From: Gemmatimonadales bacterium
GTDB lineage: Bacteria > Gemmatimonadota > Gemmatimonadetes > Gemmatimonadales > JACORV01
Direction: 5' to 3'
Length of the DNA: 64,000 nt
NCBI GenBank assembly: GCA_049513575.1
Contig: JBEKVZ010000007.1
Span: 10,612-74,611, forward strand
How positions within the stretch are numbered: the first letter of the stretch is position 1; each line of letters begins with the position of its first letter. The notes under the pieces were generated by a model. It was not told the DNA's origin, did not search any database, and was given only the letters and a program-made list of their open reading frames with translations. The position numbers and the translations under genes are program-made. Below are positions 26,034 to 34,798 of the stretch, in pieces.

Positions 26034-26665
26034 CCGGTCTCTTCCTCGCGCTGGATACCGCGACGGACGTGCCGTCGCTGGCCGTGGGCACGCCCCGGGA
26101 CCCGGGGCCCGGGATCCGGATCCCGGGACGCCGTGAGCTGTCCCGGGATCTCGAGCGCTGGACGGCGCAGCTTCTCTCGGCTCGCGGCGTGGAGGTGGGC
26201 GATCTCGCGGGCGTCGTCGTCGCCGACGGTCCCGGGAGCTTCACCGGCTTGAGGATCGGCATCGCCTTCGCCAAGGGGCTGTGTCGCGCCCGGCGCCTGC
26301 CACTCCTCGCCGCTCCCTCGCTCCTCGGCGCCGCCTGGACCGCCGCGCGGGGCTCGGGCGTTGCGCTGGCCGAGTACGACGCTCTGCGCGGTGACGTGTA
26401 CCGCGCCGCGTATCGGCTGGCCCCGGGAGGCGTCGAGGTCCTGCTCGCTCCCGCCCTGGCGGCGGCCGGCTCGAGCGCCGATCTGCCGGAGGGCTACGCG
26501 CGCGCGACGGCCGACCAGGCGTCGGCGGCCTCGCTCCTCCGCCTCGTCGGGCTGAGCGGCGGCGCGCACGCCGTCACCGATCCGGCGCGGTGGGAGCCAG
26601 CCTACGGGCGCCCGGCGGAGGCCGAGGCGCGCTACCGCGCGCACCAGGCGGCACATGGCGCCTAG
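26030..26665 (+). CDS. tsaB: tRNA t6A37 biosynthesis protein TsaB (YeaZ)
   Basis: GTG 26030 (GTGA overlap). LALDTAT and GPGSFTGLRIG motifs. Confidence 0.8.
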   Translation: MTGLFLALDTATDVPSLAVGTPRDPGPGIRIPGRRELSRDLERWTAQLLSARGVEVGDLAGVVVADGPGSFTGLRIGIAFAKGLCRARRLPLLAAPSLLGAAWTAARGSGVALAEYDALRGDVYRAAYRLAPGGVEVLLAPALAAAGSSADLPEGYARATADQASAASLLRLVGLSGGAHAVTDPARWEPAYGRPAEAEARYRAHQAAHGA

Positions 26666-27116
26666 GCCGCTGGTTGAGGCTGATCTCGACCGCGTCGCCG
26701 CGATCGAGCGCGAGGCCTTCACGGACCCCTGGCCGCGCCGGTCGTTCGTGGAGCTTCTGGCCGAGCCCCACGTGCGCGCCGTCGCGGTGGACGACGGCGA
26801 CGGTCGCCTCGCGGGCTACGCCCTCTTCTCGCTGGTCGCTGGAGAAGGGGAGATCCTGAACCTGGCCGTGGATCCCTCGGCGCGGCGGCGCGGCTTTGGC
26901 CGCCGCCTGCTCGACGCGGTCCTGGAAGCGATGCGCGCCGCCGGGACGACGGCCGTCTTCCTCGAGGTGCGGCAGTCGAACCACGCCGCCATCGAGCTGT
27001 ACGCCGGCGCCGGCTTCCACCCGGTCTCCATTCGGCGCGCGTACTATCGAAATCCTACCGAGCACGCCGTGACGATGGCCCTGCAACTGGTCCAGGAAGT
27101 GGCGGGAAAAGGATGA
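26655..27116 (+). CDS. rimI: ribosomal-protein-alanine N-acetyltransferase (GNAT)
   Basis: GNAT acetyl-CoA motif RRRGFGRRLL. Conserved tsaE-tsaB-rimI synteny. Confidence 0.8.
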   Translation: MAPRPLVEADLDRVAAIEREAFTDPWPRRSFVELLAEPHVRAVAVDDGDGRLAGYALFSLVAGEGEILNLAVDPSARRRGFGRRLLDAVLEAMRAAGTTAVFLEVRQSNHAAIELYAGAGFHPVSIRRAYYRNPTEHAVTMALQLVQEVAGKG

Positions 27117-27134
27117 GAACCTACGTCCTTTCGG

Positions 27135-27163
27135 TTGACAAAAACCGTTGTGGCGCCTATAGT
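27135..27163 (+). promoter_or_regulatory. sigma70-type promoter candidate for ssb
   Basis: TTGACA (27135-27140), 17-nt spacer, TATAGT (27158-27163). GAGGAGGG Shine-Dalgarno at 27196, upstream of GTG 27211. Confidence 0.6.
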
Positions 27164-27210
27164 TCCGCCCTGTCCGTGGTCCCCGAGCAGCCCCCGAGGA
27201 GGGCAGTCAG

Positions 27211-27744
27211 GTGAGTCGCAGTCTCAACAAGGTGATGCTGATCGGGAACCTCGGCGCCGACCCGGAGGTTCGGAGCACGAACAACGGGACGCGGGTCGCA
27301 ACGCTGTCGCTCGCGACCAGCCGCCAGTGGACGACCCAGGGCGGCGAGAAGCAGGAGAAGACGGAGTGGCACCGGTGCGTGGTTTGGAACACGCGCCAGT
27401 CGGGGCTCGCCGACGTGGTCGAGAAGTACCTCAAAAAGGGCGACCGGGTCTACGTCGAGGGACGGATCGAGTACCGGACGTGGAAGGACCGCGAGGGACA
27501 GACGCGGTACACGACCGAGGTCAATGTACGGGATCTCGTGATGCTCTCCGGCCGCGGCGATGGCGGCAGCGCCGGCGAGGCGGGATCTGGGGATCGGGCG
27601 GAGAAGGGGCGGCGGGCCGCCGCGCCGACCGCCGAGAAGGGGGCAGGCGCCGGAGCGGATTCGGCCGAGGCGCCGGCCAAGACGGATTCCTTCGAGGACT
27701 TCCCGGAGGCGCTCGATGAGGAGGATGACGATCTCCCGTTCTAG
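27211..27744 (+). CDS. ssb: single-stranded DNA-binding protein
   Basis: OB fold LNKVMLIGNLGADPEVR, Gly-rich linker, acidic tail DDDLPF. Confidence 0.95.
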   Translation: MSRSLNKVMLIGNLGADPEVRSTNNGTRVATLSLATSRQWTTQGGEKQEKTEWHRCVVWNTRQSGLADVVEKYLKKGDRVYVEGRIEYRTWKDREGQTRYTTEVNVRDLVMLSGRGDGGSAGEAGSGDRAEKGRRAAAPTAEKGAGAGADSAEAPAKTDSFEDFPEALDEEDDDLPF

Positions 27745-28966
27745 GGGAGCGCATCTGGCAGCCGTCGCTCTCGCCCTCGGCTTGCCTGCGGTCCCGTTGG
27801 CGTCCCAGCAGCCGCAGCCGCAAAGCGCGCCGGCTGCACAGCAACCGGCCGCCGCGCCCCAGACGCTCGGCGCGCCTCCCGCGACGCACACGGTCCAGCA
27901 GGGCGAGACGCTGTGGGGCCTGGCGAAGCAGTTCCTGGGCGATCCGCTGCTCTGGCCCGAGATTTACCGGCTGAACACGAACGTCATCGAGGATCCACAC
28001 TACATCTTCCCGGGCGAGGAGCTGCGCTTTGTGCCGCCCCTGCCCGAGACCGCCGCTGGGCCGGCGCCGGCGCCGGCCCAGGCGGCTCAGCCGGCGGCGC
28101 CTCCCGCTCCGGGCGAGATCACGGTGGCGCCGACGCCCACCGACACGACGGCGCCCCGGCCGCAGCCGGCGCCATCGGGGAACCCCTTCGAAGCGCCGAC
28201 GATCTTCACCGCCAAGAACGCGGTCGCGGTGTCGGCCAGCACCCTGCGTCTCCAGAGCGAGCAGGCCTATCGACCCGTGCGCGTGGGCGAGCACTTCTCC
28301 GCGGGGTTCCTGACCGAGGGCGAGCGGCTGAATCCGGGGCGGCTCCTGGGGAACACGCGGACCGCCTCGATCAGCCGCCTGACCGTCACCACCAGCGCGA
28401 CGCTGTTCAGCGAAGTCGCGGTCGCGCCGCCGCCGGGCGATACGCTCAAGCCGGCCGATCTGCTTCTCGCGTACCAGGTGCCGCGCCGCATCGATCCCTA
28501 CGGCGAGGTGATCCTGCCGACTGGCCTGCTCAAGATCACGGCCGTCGGATCGCCGACCGACAACGCGACGGCTCAGGTCATCGCGGTGTATCAGGCCATC
28601 GCCAGCGGTCAGTACGTGATTCGGGTGCCGGGCTTCGCGCCGGGCAATGAGCGTCCCGTCCCGGTGGACAGCGGCGGCGTGGTCGGCTCGGTCATCGACA
28701 TGCGGGATCCTCACGAGCTGGTGGCGTTCCAGGACGCGCTGTTCCTCGATCGCGGGCAGCAGGACAGCGTGCACCTGGGCGACATCTTCCAGATCAGCGG
28801 GACGACGACGGCGGCGAGCGGCATCGGCCACGTCGTCCAGAACCAGGTGAAAGTGCTGATTGTCTACGTGCGGCCGCACACGTCGACGGGGGTCGTCATC
28901 CAGATCGACCGTCCGGACGTCCAGCCCGGGTCGAGGGCGCGCCAGGTTCGCCGGATGCCTTCGTGA
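27725..28966 (+). CDS. secreted LysM domain protein
   Basis: ATG 27725 preceded by GAGGAGG. Signal peptide, then LysM (HTVQQGETLWGLAKQFLGDPLLWPEIYRLN), then a P/A-rich linker. Confidence 0.7.
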   Translation: MTISRSRGAHLAAVALALGLPAVPLASQQPQPQSAPAAQQPAAAPQTLGAPPATHTVQQGETLWGLAKQFLGDPLLWPEIYRLNTNVIEDPHYIFPGEELRFVPPLPETAAGPAPAPAQAAQPAAPPAPGEITVAPTPTDTTAPRPQPAPSGNPFEAPTIFTAKNAVAVSASTLRLQSEQAYRPVRVGEHFSAGFLTEGERLNPGRLLGNTRTASISRLTVTTSATLFSEVAVAPPPGDTLKPADLLLAYQVPRRIDPYGEVILPTGLLKITAVGSPTDNATAQVIAVYQAIASGQYVIRVPGFAPGNERPVPVDSGGVVGSVIDMRDPHELVAFQDALFLDRGQQDSVHLGDIFQISGTTTAASGIGHVVQNQVKVLIVYVRPHTSTGVVIQIDRPDVQPGSRARQVRRMPS

Positions 28967-28970
28967 TTGC

Positions 28971-29040
28971 AGTCGAGAGTTGAGCGCCGAGAGTTGAGAG
29001 TGCTCGACTCTCAACCCTCACAGCGCAAACCTCTCAGCGC
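28971..29040. repeat. imperfect palindrome, GAGAGTTGAG variant (terminator-like hairpin)
   Basis: GAGAGTTGAG occurs twice (28975, 28989). A 12-bp stem 28989-29000/29008-19 has one mismatch and a 7-nt loop. It starts 5 nt after the LysM gene stop. Confidence 0.7.
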
Positions 29041-29055
29041 AGGGTCCTTCATTCC

Positions 29056-30006
29056 ATGAAACGTCGCGTGCTCGTCACCGGCGGTGCGGGATTCATCGGA
29101 TCCCACGTCGCCGACGCCTTCCTCGCTGCGGGTAACGACCTCACCGTCATCGACAATCTGTCGCGCGGCCGCCCGCAGCAGGTGCCGCGGGCCGCGGAGT
29201 TCCGGCAGCTGGACGTCGGCTCCGAGGAGGCGCGCGCCCTGGTGGCGGGAGGCGGATTCGAGGTGATCGTCCACCTGGCGGCGCAGGTGGACGTCCGCGT
29301 GTCCGTGTCCGACCCGGTGTTCGATGCGGAGGAGAACCTGCTCGCCCTGCTGTCGCTCCTGGAGGGTGCGCGCGCGGGGGGGACGCGCCGGATCGTCTTC
29401 TCCTCGTCGGGCGGCGTGGTCTACGGCGAGCGGCGGCCGCCGCACGTCGAGACCGCGCCGAAGTTTCCGATCTCGCCCTATGGCGTGAGCAAGCTCGCGG
29501 CCGAGTACTACCTCGGCTGCTACGCGCAACTCTACGGTCTGGAGACGGTCGCGCTCCGGTACAGCAACGTCTTCGGGCCGCGGCAGGACCCGCACGGCGA
29601 GGCGGGCGTCGTCGCGATCTTCGGCAACCGCCTGCGCCAGAAGAAGGCGCTGACGATTTACGGCGACGGGAACCAGACCCGCGACTACGTGTACGTCGCC
29701 GACGTGGCCCGCGCGAACGTGCTTGCCGCCGACGCCGTGCTCCCGCCCCTCGACGGCACCATCGACGCGCGGGCGTTCAACATCGGTATCGGCGTCGAAA
29801 CCTCGGTGAACGCGCTCGCCCAGGCGATGATCGAGGCCTCCGGCGTCGAGGTCCCGGTCGAGCACGCCCCCGCCCGAGGCGGCGAGCTGCTCGCCAACGC
29901 CCTGACGGCGGACAAGGCCGCCCGGGTGCTCGGCTGGAAGCCCGGGGTGTCCCTCGCCGAGGGGCTGAAGGCGACCTACGACTGGATCGTGCGGGAGGCG
30001 TCGTGA
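29056..30006 (+). CDS. NAD-dependent epimerase (UDP-glucose 4-epimerase family)
   Basis: GGAGFIGSH, SPYGVSKLAAEYY, RYSNVFGPRQDP. Confidence 0.75.
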   Translation: MKRRVLVTGGAGFIGSHVADAFLAAGNDLTVIDNLSRGRPQQVPRAAEFRQLDVGSEEARALVAGGGFEVIVHLAAQVDVRVSVSDPVFDAEENLLALLSLLEGARAGGTRRIVFSSSGGVVYGERRPPHVETAPKFPISPYGVSKLAAEYYLGCYAQLYGLETVALRYSNVFGPRQDPHGEAGVVAIFGNRLRQKKALTIYGDGNQTRDYVYVADVARANVLAADAVLPPLDGTIDARAFNIGIGVETSVNALAQAMIEASGVEVPVEHAPARGGELLANALTADKAARVLGWKPGVSLAEGLKATYDWIVREAS

Positions 30007-30010
30007 GACC

Positions 30011-30106
30011 GGAGGCACGGAGGCACGGGCGCACGGGGGCACAGGCACGGCGACTCGCCGCCTGGTTGTCTGTGCCGCTGTGCCTCTGTGCCGCCGTGCC
30101 CGCTGC
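30011..30106. repeat. octamer-periodic imperfect palindrome, GAGGCACG family (copy A2)
   Basis: GGAGGCAC GGAGGCAC GGGCGCAC GGGGGCAC on the left; TGTGCCGC TGTGCCTC TGTGCCGC CGTGCC on the right. Fills the gap before tolQ. Confidence 0.85.
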
Positions 30107-30110
30107 GGCC

Positions 30111-30815
30111 ATGCAGGTGGGCGGCGCGGTGCCGACGTCCGAGCTCGAGCTGATCGCCGTCTCCAGCGTCGCGACCAAGGTCGTCCTGGGCGTGCTCGTG
30201 ATCTTCTCCGCGGTCTCCTGGTTCCTGATCTTCGCCAAGATGGCGCAGTTCCGCCGCATGCGCCGCGCGGCGGACCTGTTCTACGGCGCGACCCAGCACG
30301 CCACGCGGCTCGACGAGGCGCGCGAGTCGGTCGGCCGCCTCACGGCCTCGCCCTTCACGCGCCTCTTCGCCGAAGGCGTCACCTTCTTCTCGGAGATCCA
30401 TCCGGGCGGCCTTGCGAAGGACCCGGCCTCGGGCGCGACGCTCACGCCGACCCAGCTCGAGGCGCTGCGGATGGTGCTGGAGACCCAGGTGGACGCCGAG
30501 CACGACCAGCTGGGTCGCTATATCCCCTGGCTGGCGACGTTCGGCTCGGTCAGCCCGCTGCTGGGCCTCCTCGGCACGGTGCTCGGCGTGATGGATGCCT
30601 TCATCGGGATCTCGGTCGGCGGTTCCGGGAACATCACGGCCGTCGCGCCCGGCGTGGCGGAGGCGCTCGTGACGACCGTGGCGGGGCTCGCGGTCGCTAT
30701 CCCCGCGGTGATCGCGTACAACATCTTCACGGCGCGCCAGAACTTCGTCTCGGCCGAACTGGAGGGCTTTGCGCGCGAGCTGATCGTGACCCTCGCGCGG
30801 GAGGGCAGGCTCTAG
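30111..30815 (+). CDS. tolQ: Tol-Pal system proton channel TolQ (MotA/TolQ/ExbB family)
   Basis: ATG 30111 chosen; the ORF-track start at 30003 translates the repeat. TM helices and GLLGTVLGVMDAF motif. Confidence 0.85.
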   Translation: MQVGGAVPTSELELIAVSSVATKVVLGVLVIFSAVSWFLIFAKMAQFRRMRRAADLFYGATQHATRLDEARESVGRLTASPFTRLFAEGVTFFSEIHPGGLAKDPASGATLTPTQLEALRMVLETQVDAEHDQLGRYIPWLATFGSVSPLLGLLGTVLGVMDAFIGISVGGSGNITAVAPGVAEALVTTVAGLAVAIPAVIAYNIFTARQNFVSAELEGFARELIVTLAREGRL

Positions 30816-31226
30816 GTGGCCCGCCGCCGTTTCCGCGCCGGCTTCAACGCGGACATCAACGTCACGTCGCTGGTGGACGTCGCGTTCGTCCTGCTGATCA
30901 TCTTCATGATCACGGCCCCCATGATGCAGGGTGGGGTCCAGGTGCGGCTGCCGCGAGCCGAGGCGCGCCCGCTCGAGGAGCAGACGGGGATCACCGTCTC
31001 CATGGACCGCCGCGGCCGCATCTTCGTGGACCAGGCGGCCTTCTCGTATGAGGACTTCCGCGCGACTTTCCGCGCCCTGGTCGCGCGCCGGAAGCCCGCC
31101 GCCATCTACCTCCGCGCCGATCGCGGCGTGCCGTACGGGGACGTGGTGCGCGTCCTGGCCATCATCCGCACGGCGGGCATCCGCGACGTCGGCCTGGTGG
31201 CCGAGCCGGAGTCCGTGGGGCCGTGA
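30816..31226 (+). CDS. tolR: Tol-Pal system protein TolR (ExbD/TolR family)
   Basis: INVTSLVDVAFVLLIIFMITAP, the typical ExbD/TolR TM segment with conserved Asp. Confidence 0.85.
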   Translation: MARRRFRAGFNADINVTSLVDVAFVLLIIFMITAPMMQGGVQVRLPRAEARPLEEQTGITVSMDRRGRIFVDQAAFSYEDFRATFRALVARRKPAAIYLRADRGVPYGDVVRVLAIIRTAGIRDVGLVAEPESVGP

Positions 31227-31969
31227 GGGGCTTGCGGGAGCGGGCCGCCGAGGAGCGGCTGCGGGGGCCGGGGCTGGCGGGGTCGGCGGCTCTCCACGCG
31301 CTCGTCGTCGTCACCTTCCTCGTGGCGGGGGCCGGCCGCCATCGCCCGCCGCTGCCGCCCTTCTACCGCGTCTCGCTCGTGGCCCCGCCCGGCGTGCCGG
31401 CGGCGACGGCCGCCGCCGCGGCCCCCGCGCCCGAGAAACCGGCGCCCACGCTGGCGCGCCGCAATCCCCAACCTCCGGCCGCCAAATCCGCGCGGTCCCG
31501 CGAGCCCGCGGTGCCGCTCGCGAAACCGGCGGCGCCGAAGTCACGTCCGGCGCCGCTGTCGCCCGCTCCCTCGACTCCGCGCCCTGCGGCCGCCTCCGCG
31601 CCCGCCCAGCCGGTCGGCGTTCCCGGGGGCACGCCCGGCGGCACCGACGTCGCGACGATCAAGACGGAGGGGGTCGAATTCCCCTTCCCGGGGTATCTAC
31701 AGAACCTGGTGGGTCAGGTGTACCGGCGGTGGCGGCCCGCGCCGTCCAGCGCAGCGCTCGAGGCGGAGGTCTTCTTCTTCGTTCACCGTGACGGCTCCAT
31801 GACAGGCCTCCAGTTCATCAAGCGGTCCGGCTCGTTCGCGTTCGACCTCGAGGCGCAGGGCGCGATCGAGGCGGCGGCGCGTGCCGGCGCGTTCGGCCAG
31901 CTCCCCGCCGGGTACGGCCCGGACGTCCTCCCGGTGTCGTTCTACTTCAACCCGCGGAGCGTACGGTGA
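31223..31969 (+). CDS. TonB C-terminal domain protein, probable TolA analogue
   Basis: N-terminal TM, Pro/Ala-rich spacer, TonB_C-like end (FIKRSGSFAFDLEAQGAIE). Occupies the position between tolR and tolB. Confidence 0.65.
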   Translation: MRGLRERAAEERLRGPGLAGSAALHALVVVTFLVAGAGRHRPPLPPFYRVSLVAPPGVPAATAAAAAPAPEKPAPTLARRNPQPPAAKSARSREPAVPLAKPAAPKSRPAPLSPAPSTPRPAAASAPAQPVGVPGGTPGGTDVATIKTEGVEFPFPGYLQNLVGQVYRRWRPAPSSAALEAEVFFFVHRDGSMTGLQFIKRSGSFAFDLEAQGAIEAAARAGAFGQLPAGYGPDVLPVSFYFNPRSVR

Positions 31970-33300
31970 GCCGCGCGGCGGCGCTCGCTCTGGCCGCGGC
32001 CCTCGCGCTCCCGGCGGCGCTCGCGGCCCAGGACTCCACGCCCCCGGCGCCAACCGGCGTCCGCGTGGGGATCACGTACACCCCGGGTACGCGGCCCAGC
32101 ATCGCGGTCCTGGTCGCCGGCGGGGCGGCGCTGGACAGCGTCCGGACGATCCTCGGCCGGGACCTCGACTACTCGGATCGCTTCGAAGTGGTCGCGCCGC
32201 CGGCGGTGGCCGCAGCGCTGGACTCGAGTGGCGCGCCGAACTACCGCGCCCTGAACGCGCTGGGCACCGACTTCGCGGTCTCGGTCGTGGCGTCGGCCGC
32301 GTCCTCGGCCGATCCGCGCGCGCCGGGCGCCGTCGACGTCCTGCTGCACGACGTGCGGAGCGGCGCGGTGAAGAACCGGGTCACGCTTCAGGTGGGAGAC
32401 GCGGGCGGCTCAGCGCTGCGGCGCGCGGTGCACCGCGCGGCGGACGAGGTGGTGCAGTGGGCCACCGGGGCGAAGGGCATCGCGTCGTCGGTCATCTACT
32501 ACGTGGCGGATGGACGTATCTGGCGGGTGGACCCCGACGGCGCCGATCGCGTGCTGATCCCGACTGCGGGCCGACCGTCGCTCTCGCCGGTCCGGTCGCG
32601 CGACGGCCGCACGCTCGCGTACACGGCGTTCGTGCGCAGCGGCCAGCCGATCGTCCTGCAGGACCTGGCCTCGGGGCGGCGGGAAGTCCTGCCCGGCACC
32701 GAATACGGCATGAACATCACGCCGGAGTTCTCGCCGGATGGGCGCCGGCTCGCGTTTGCGCACGGCGACGAGAACGGCACCGACCTCTTCGTGTACGACC
32801 TGGCGCGGCGCACCACGACGCGACTCACGGTGGGGCGTTACTACGACAACCTCTCGCCGGCCTGGAGTCCGGACGGCCAGCGCATCGCGTTCATCTCGAC
32901 GCGCGCCGGGCTCCCGCAGCTGTACGTGATGCAGGCCGACGGGACGGGGCAGGAGGCGCTGGCGCGCTTCGACTACGGGTTCACCGGGATGACGTACGCG
33001 CCGGAGTGGTCCCCCGACGGCCAGGCGGTCGTCTTCCACCGCGAAGTCGCGGGCACACCGCAGGTCTTCGTCCTCGACCTCGCCACTCGCGCGGTGAAGC
33101 AGATCACCGGCGAGGGGCGGAACGAGGACGCCACTTGGGCGCCCGACGGGCGCCACGTCTGTTTCGCGTCCTCCCGCGGCGGCACCCGCCTCCTCTGGAT
33201 CGTGGATCTGGAGACCGGCCGGATGCGGCAGCTCTTCTCCACGGTCGGCGCCCGCCTACCCGCGTGGTCGCCCGGCCACGCATCTTTGGAGGCAGGATGA
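31966..33300 (+). CDS. tolB: Tol-Pal system beta-propeller protein TolB
   Basis: Signal peptide followed by repeated PxxSPDG beta-propeller blades (FSPDGRRLAF, WSPDGQRIAF, WSPDGQAVVF, WAPDGRHVCF). Confidence 0.9.
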   Translation: MSRAAALALAAALALPAALAAQDSTPPAPTGVRVGITYTPGTRPSIAVLVAGGAALDSVRTILGRDLDYSDRFEVVAPPAVAAALDSSGAPNYRALNALGTDFAVSVVASAASSADPRAPGAVDVLLHDVRSGAVKNRVTLQVGDAGGSALRRAVHRAADEVVQWATGAKGIASSVIYYVADGRIWRVDPDGADRVLIPTAGRPSLSPVRSRDGRTLAYTAFVRSGQPIVLQDLASGRREVLPGTEYGMNITPEFSPDGRRLAFAHGDENGTDLFVYDLARRTTTRLTVGRYYDNLSPAWSPDGQRIAFISTRAGLPQLYVMQADGTGQEALARFDYGFTGMTYAPEWSPDGQAVVFHREVAGTPQVFVLDLATRAVKQITGEGRNEDATWAPDGRHVCFASSRGGTRLLWIVDLETGRMRQLFSTVGARLPAWSPGHASLEAG

Positions 33301-33950
33301 TGCACCACGTTGGACTCGCGTCGCTCTCGGCGCTTCTGGTGGTCGCGGCCTGCAGCAAGCCGCCCGCACCCGCCGCGCCCGCCCCCGCGCCGGCTCCGGC
33401 CGCCGCGCCCTCGACGGCTGCGGCCGACTCGGCGGCGCGCGCCGCGGCCCGCCGCGACTCGCTCGCCGCCCTGGCCCGGGCCGACTCGCTCGAGCGCGCC
33501 GCGCGCGAGCGCGCGCAGGCCGACTCGGTGCGCGCCGAGGTGCAGCGCGCCCAGGCGGATTCTGCGGCCGCCGCCGTCCGCAGCGGCTTGTCTGCGGCCG
33601 ACTCCGGCGTCCTCGTCGACGCGGTCCACTTCGACTACGACAAGGCGGACCTGCTCGCGGCCGAGCTGCCGAGGCTCGATCGCAAGCTGGCGATTTTCCA
33701 GGCGCACCCGAGGATCGAGGTCCAGATCGCCGGCAGCTGCGACGAGCGGGGCTCGGACGAATACAACCTGGCGCTCGGGGAGCGCCGGGCGGCCGCGGCC
33801 AAGCGCTATCTGGTGGCCCACGGAGTCGCGGCCGACCGCATCACCATCGTTTCCTACGGGAAGGAGCGGCCCTTGGACCCGGGGCATACCGAGGAGGCCT
33901 GGGCGAAAAACCGCCGCGATGACTTCGTCGTGACGCGCGGAGCGAACTAG
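33297..33950 (+). CDS. pal: peptidoglycan-associated lipoprotein Pal (OmpA family)
   Basis: ATG 33297 overlaps the tolB stop. Lipobox LVVAAC and an OmpA-like domain (GSCDERGSDEYNLALGERRA). Confidence 0.9.
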   Translation: MMHHVGLASLSALLVVAACSKPPAPAAPAPAPAPAAAPSTAAADSAARAAARRDSLAALARADSLERAARERAQADSVRAEVQRAQADSAAAAVRSGLSAADSGVLVDAVHFDYDKADLLAAELPRLDRKLAIFQAHPRIEVQIAGSCDERGSDEYNLALGERRAAAAKRYLVAHGVAADRITIVSYGKERPLDPGHTEEAWAKNRRDDFVVTRGAN

Positions 33951-34783
33951 TGCGGCGCCTCGCCGGCGCGCTGCTCCCGCTGCTCGCCGCGGGCTGCGCC
34001 TGGCACAGCGACATCACGCGGCTCCAGGCTCAACTCCTGGACCAGCAGGTGGTCGCGGCCCGCGCCGACTCGGCGAACCGGGCGAACCTGGCGGCCATCG
34101 CCCGGCAGGTGCAGAGCGTGCTCGACTCCCTCGCCGCGCAGCAGGCGATGCTGAGTGCGTTCCGGGGCGACCTCCGCGTGGAGCTGTACAACGTCGAGCA
34201 GCAACTCGTCGCAGTGCAGGAGCTGACCGGTCAGAGCCAACAGCGCCTCACCGAGCTGCGGACGCAGCTGGAGCAGCGCTCCGAGCAGATCGCCGCCCAG
34301 AACGTCGCGCCCGCGGCCGCACCGGCGGCCGGAGCCCCGGCGGCGGCGCCCGGAGGGCAGGGGGCCGCCCCGGCCCCCGCTGCCGCGGAGCCGTCCCCGG
34401 ACCAGCTGATGGAGTTGGGGCTGCAGCAGCTGAGGCGCGGGAGCCCCGCCACGGCGCGCACCGCCTTCGCCGAGTTCCTCAAGAGCTACCCGCAGCACGC
34501 CCGCGCCGGTGACGCGTGGTTCTTCACGGGCGAAGCCTGGACCGCCGACCAGCGATCCGATTCCGCCGCCGCGGCGTACCAGCAGGTCGTCCAGCGCTTC
34601 CCCTCGTCCGGCCACATGGCGGCCGCGCTCTACAAGCTGGGGCTGATCGCCGTCCAGGCCGGGAACAAGGACGAGGCGCGCGCGCAGTTCAACCGGCTCG
34701 TGACCTCGTTCCCGCTGTCGGAGGAGGCCGCGCTGGCGCGCGACCAGCTGCGCGCGCTCGGCCCGGCGGCTCGCCCGCACTGA
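33950..34783 (+). CDS. cpoB: Tol-Pal associated TPR protein CpoB/YbgF
   Basis: Lipoprotein-like signal LLAAGC, coiled-coil N-half, C-terminal TPR (AWFFTGEAW, ALYKLGLIAVQAGNKDEA). Confidence 0.75.
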   Translation: MRRLAGALLPLLAAGCAWHSDITRLQAQLLDQQVVAARADSANRANLAAIARQVQSVLDSLAAQQAMLSAFRGDLRVELYNVEQQLVAVQELTGQSQQRLTELRTQLEQRSEQIAAQNVAPAAAPAAGAPAAAPGGQGAAPAPAAAEPSPDQLMELGLQQLRRGSPATARTAFAEFLKSYPQHARAGDAWFFTGEAWTADQRSDSAAAAYQQVVQRFPSSGHMAAALYKLGLIAVQAGNKDEARAQFNRLVTSFPLSEEAALARDQLRALGPAARPH

Positions 34784-34798
34784 GCGCGGGAGCGCACC

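Noticed and set aside
30003-30110. N-terminal 36-residue extension of TolQ (ORF-track start 30003), and likewise the secA start at 16500
   Set aside because: The extensions are translations of the GAGGCACG palindromes. Downstream ATGs (30111, 16524) give canonical TolQ and SecA N-termini.
31881-33296. Long 5' extension of the pal ORF (689 aa) overlapping tolB, and the similar extension of the lptD-like ORF (35089-35595) over tatC
   Set aside because: The extensions are out-of-frame overlaps of well-supported genes with Arg-rich nonsense sequence. Lipoprotein and signal-peptide starts at 33297 and 35596 fit the biology.
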